Positions 58,781 through 64,000 of a DNA stretch of 64,000 bases are shown here, in pieces. The notes under the pieces were generated by a model. It was given only the letters and a program-made list of their open reading frames with translations. It made no database searches and was not told the DNA's origin. The position numbers and the translations under genes were made by a program. The DNA is from Vicinamibacteria bacterium (lineage in GTDB: Bacteria; Acidobacteriota; Vicinamibacteria; Vicinamibacterales; JAENWD01), in assembly GCA_963818215.1 (NCBI GenBank), contig CAWFRL010000007.1, forward strand, positions 2,587 through 66,586. Direction: 5' to 3'. Each line of letters opens with the position of its first letter. The stretch's first letter is position 1.

Positions 58781-59674
58781 TCAGGGCACGATGTCGACGT
58801 CAGCGACGACGACGGTGATGTTGTCCCGTCCCCCTGCGGCAAGCCCCCGTTCGAGCAGTTGCTGGCACGCCTGCTCGCAGTCGCCCTCGCTGCAGACCCG
58901 CTCGATTTCTGAGTCCTCGACGCCGTCGGTCAGGCCGTCGGTCGACAGGACCAGCCGGTCGCCATGCTGGAGCGGGAATTGATGGACTTCCACCTCCACG
59001 TCACCGCTGCCAATGGCCTGCGTCAGCAGGTGTCGCGTGTGGTGTGACCCCACCAGGGCCTCGGAGATCAACCCGCTGTCGGCCAGCTGCTGCGCAACGG
59101 TCTGGTCCCGGGTGATTCGCCCCAGGTGGCCCTGTCGCAGCAGATAGGCTCGCGAGTCGCCGACGTGGTACACGAACAAGCGATCGGCCCTGACCACCCC
59201 GACGGTCAGCGTCGTGCCCATGCCGGCCAGCGCGGCATCGCGCCTGGCCTGCGCCGCGATGGCACGATCCACGGACGCGAGAATCGACTCGACCCGCGCC
59301 ACGATCTCCCGCGCCTCGCGCTCGCCGACGTCGACATACCAGCGCGAGCCCTGCTGCGCGAATTGCAGCGACAAGGTCAGCGCCAGCGTGCTCGCGACTT
59401 CGCCCGCCGCATGGCCGCCCATGCCATCGGCGACGGCGAGCGCCCAGATGGTCTGGGCCGGCACGAACTTCAATTCGCCGGCATCGATGTTGGTGGCAAC
59501 CGGCGTTGTCGTCCGGTCGCCGCGGAGGACCAGGAACCGGTCCTCGTTGTTTGCACGGACGCGCCCGCGATCGGACTGGGCGGCCACGCGGAGGGTGACC
59601 CGCGGGCTGCGAACCGTCGGCAACGCCTGATCGCCGACGTCATGTTCTGGCGTGTCGACGTCGTTGGTGCTCAT
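58781..59674 (-). CDS. PP2C-family (PPM) Ser/Thr protein phosphatase (intact, 297 aa)
   Basis: QSDRGRVRANNEDRF, VADGMGGHAAGEVAS, GMGTTLT, HVGDSRAYL, LVLSTDGLTD, GGRDNITVVV. Confidence 0.9.
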   Translation of the reverse strand: MSTNDVDTPEHDVGDQALPTVRSPRVTLRVAAQSDRGRVRANNEDRFLVLRGDRTTTPVATNIDAGELKFVPAQTIWALAVADGMGGHAAGEVASTLALTLSLQFAQQGSRWYVDVGEREAREIVARVESILASVDRAIAAQARRDAALAGMGTTLTVGVVRADRLFVYHVGDSRAYLLRQGHLGRITRDQTVAQQLADSGLISEALVGSHHTRHLLTQAIGSGDVEVEVHQFPLQHGDRLVLSTDGLTDGVEDSEIERVCSEGDCEQACQQLLERGLAAGGRDNITVVVADVDIVP

Positions 59675-59898
59675 GTATCTTCCCGCGGCGGCGCTCCGTA
59701 ACCCGGGCGCGTGCCGAGTATAGCCGAGGCGACACGGCTCCGGCGGAAAACATGAAGGGCGCGCTCGTCGGTCTCCGCCCCCTGTCTGATTACAAGTTCC
59801 TGCCGGTGAAAGTGGTGCCCATCGCGATTGCCACCCCATCCTTCAACCCGCCTTGCACGAAGACCTGAAGGTCTGCGGCAAAGTCGGCGCTCCGCGCG

Positions 59899-64000
<4,102 letters not shown>

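Overview
High-GC (about 68% by eye) bacterial chromosome segment. The gene content (MacB-type permease pairs, many small DinB/cupin/VOC genes) suggests an Acidobacteriota-like organism; this is inference only. Layout: (a) 1-8.1 kb, minus-strand type IV pilus operon: outer-membrane barrel gene, pilB, pilT, pilC, PilS-like kinase, PilR-like sigma54 activator. (b) 8.3-12.9 kb, plus strand: Yip1 protein, HlyD adaptor, two MacB-type FtsX permeases. (c) 13-34.5 kb, accessory stretch of mostly small single-domain genes: phhA, TPR lipoprotein, EF-G paralog, DEAD-box helicase, DinB, MBL, DUF1801, MmcQ, rhodanese, cupins, VOC, PEP-mutase family, SDR, hydrolase, SWIB, ECF sigma/anti-sigma, NUDIX. (d) 34.6-55.2 kb, the complete alpha-spc-S10-str ribosomal superoperon on the minus strand, from rpsL to rplQ, including fusA, tuf, secY, adk, map, infA and rpoA. 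(e) 55.6-59.7 kb, a 4-gene envelope/signalling insert (PP2C, coiled-coil, OmpA-like, PDZ/TPR), followed by the 3' 4.1 kb of rpoC. I saw no rRNA, tRNA, CRISPR array, transposase or integrase. Three things stand out. (1) A 403-bp pure homopolymer block (T236 A54 T48 A65) sits between the two ends of what looks like a single ORF. It is most likely an artefact. (2) Roughly 80-90 single-base indels break about half of the genes, including essential ones (rpoC, fusA, tuf, secY, rpoA). I treat these as consensus errors, not pseudogenes, so coordinates of broken genes are approximate. (3) Intercistronic spacers are built from 7-nt tandem repeats (one is 9-nt), and a box-plus-hairpin element recurs with compensatory base changes. 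I found no defence or mobile system that I can support.
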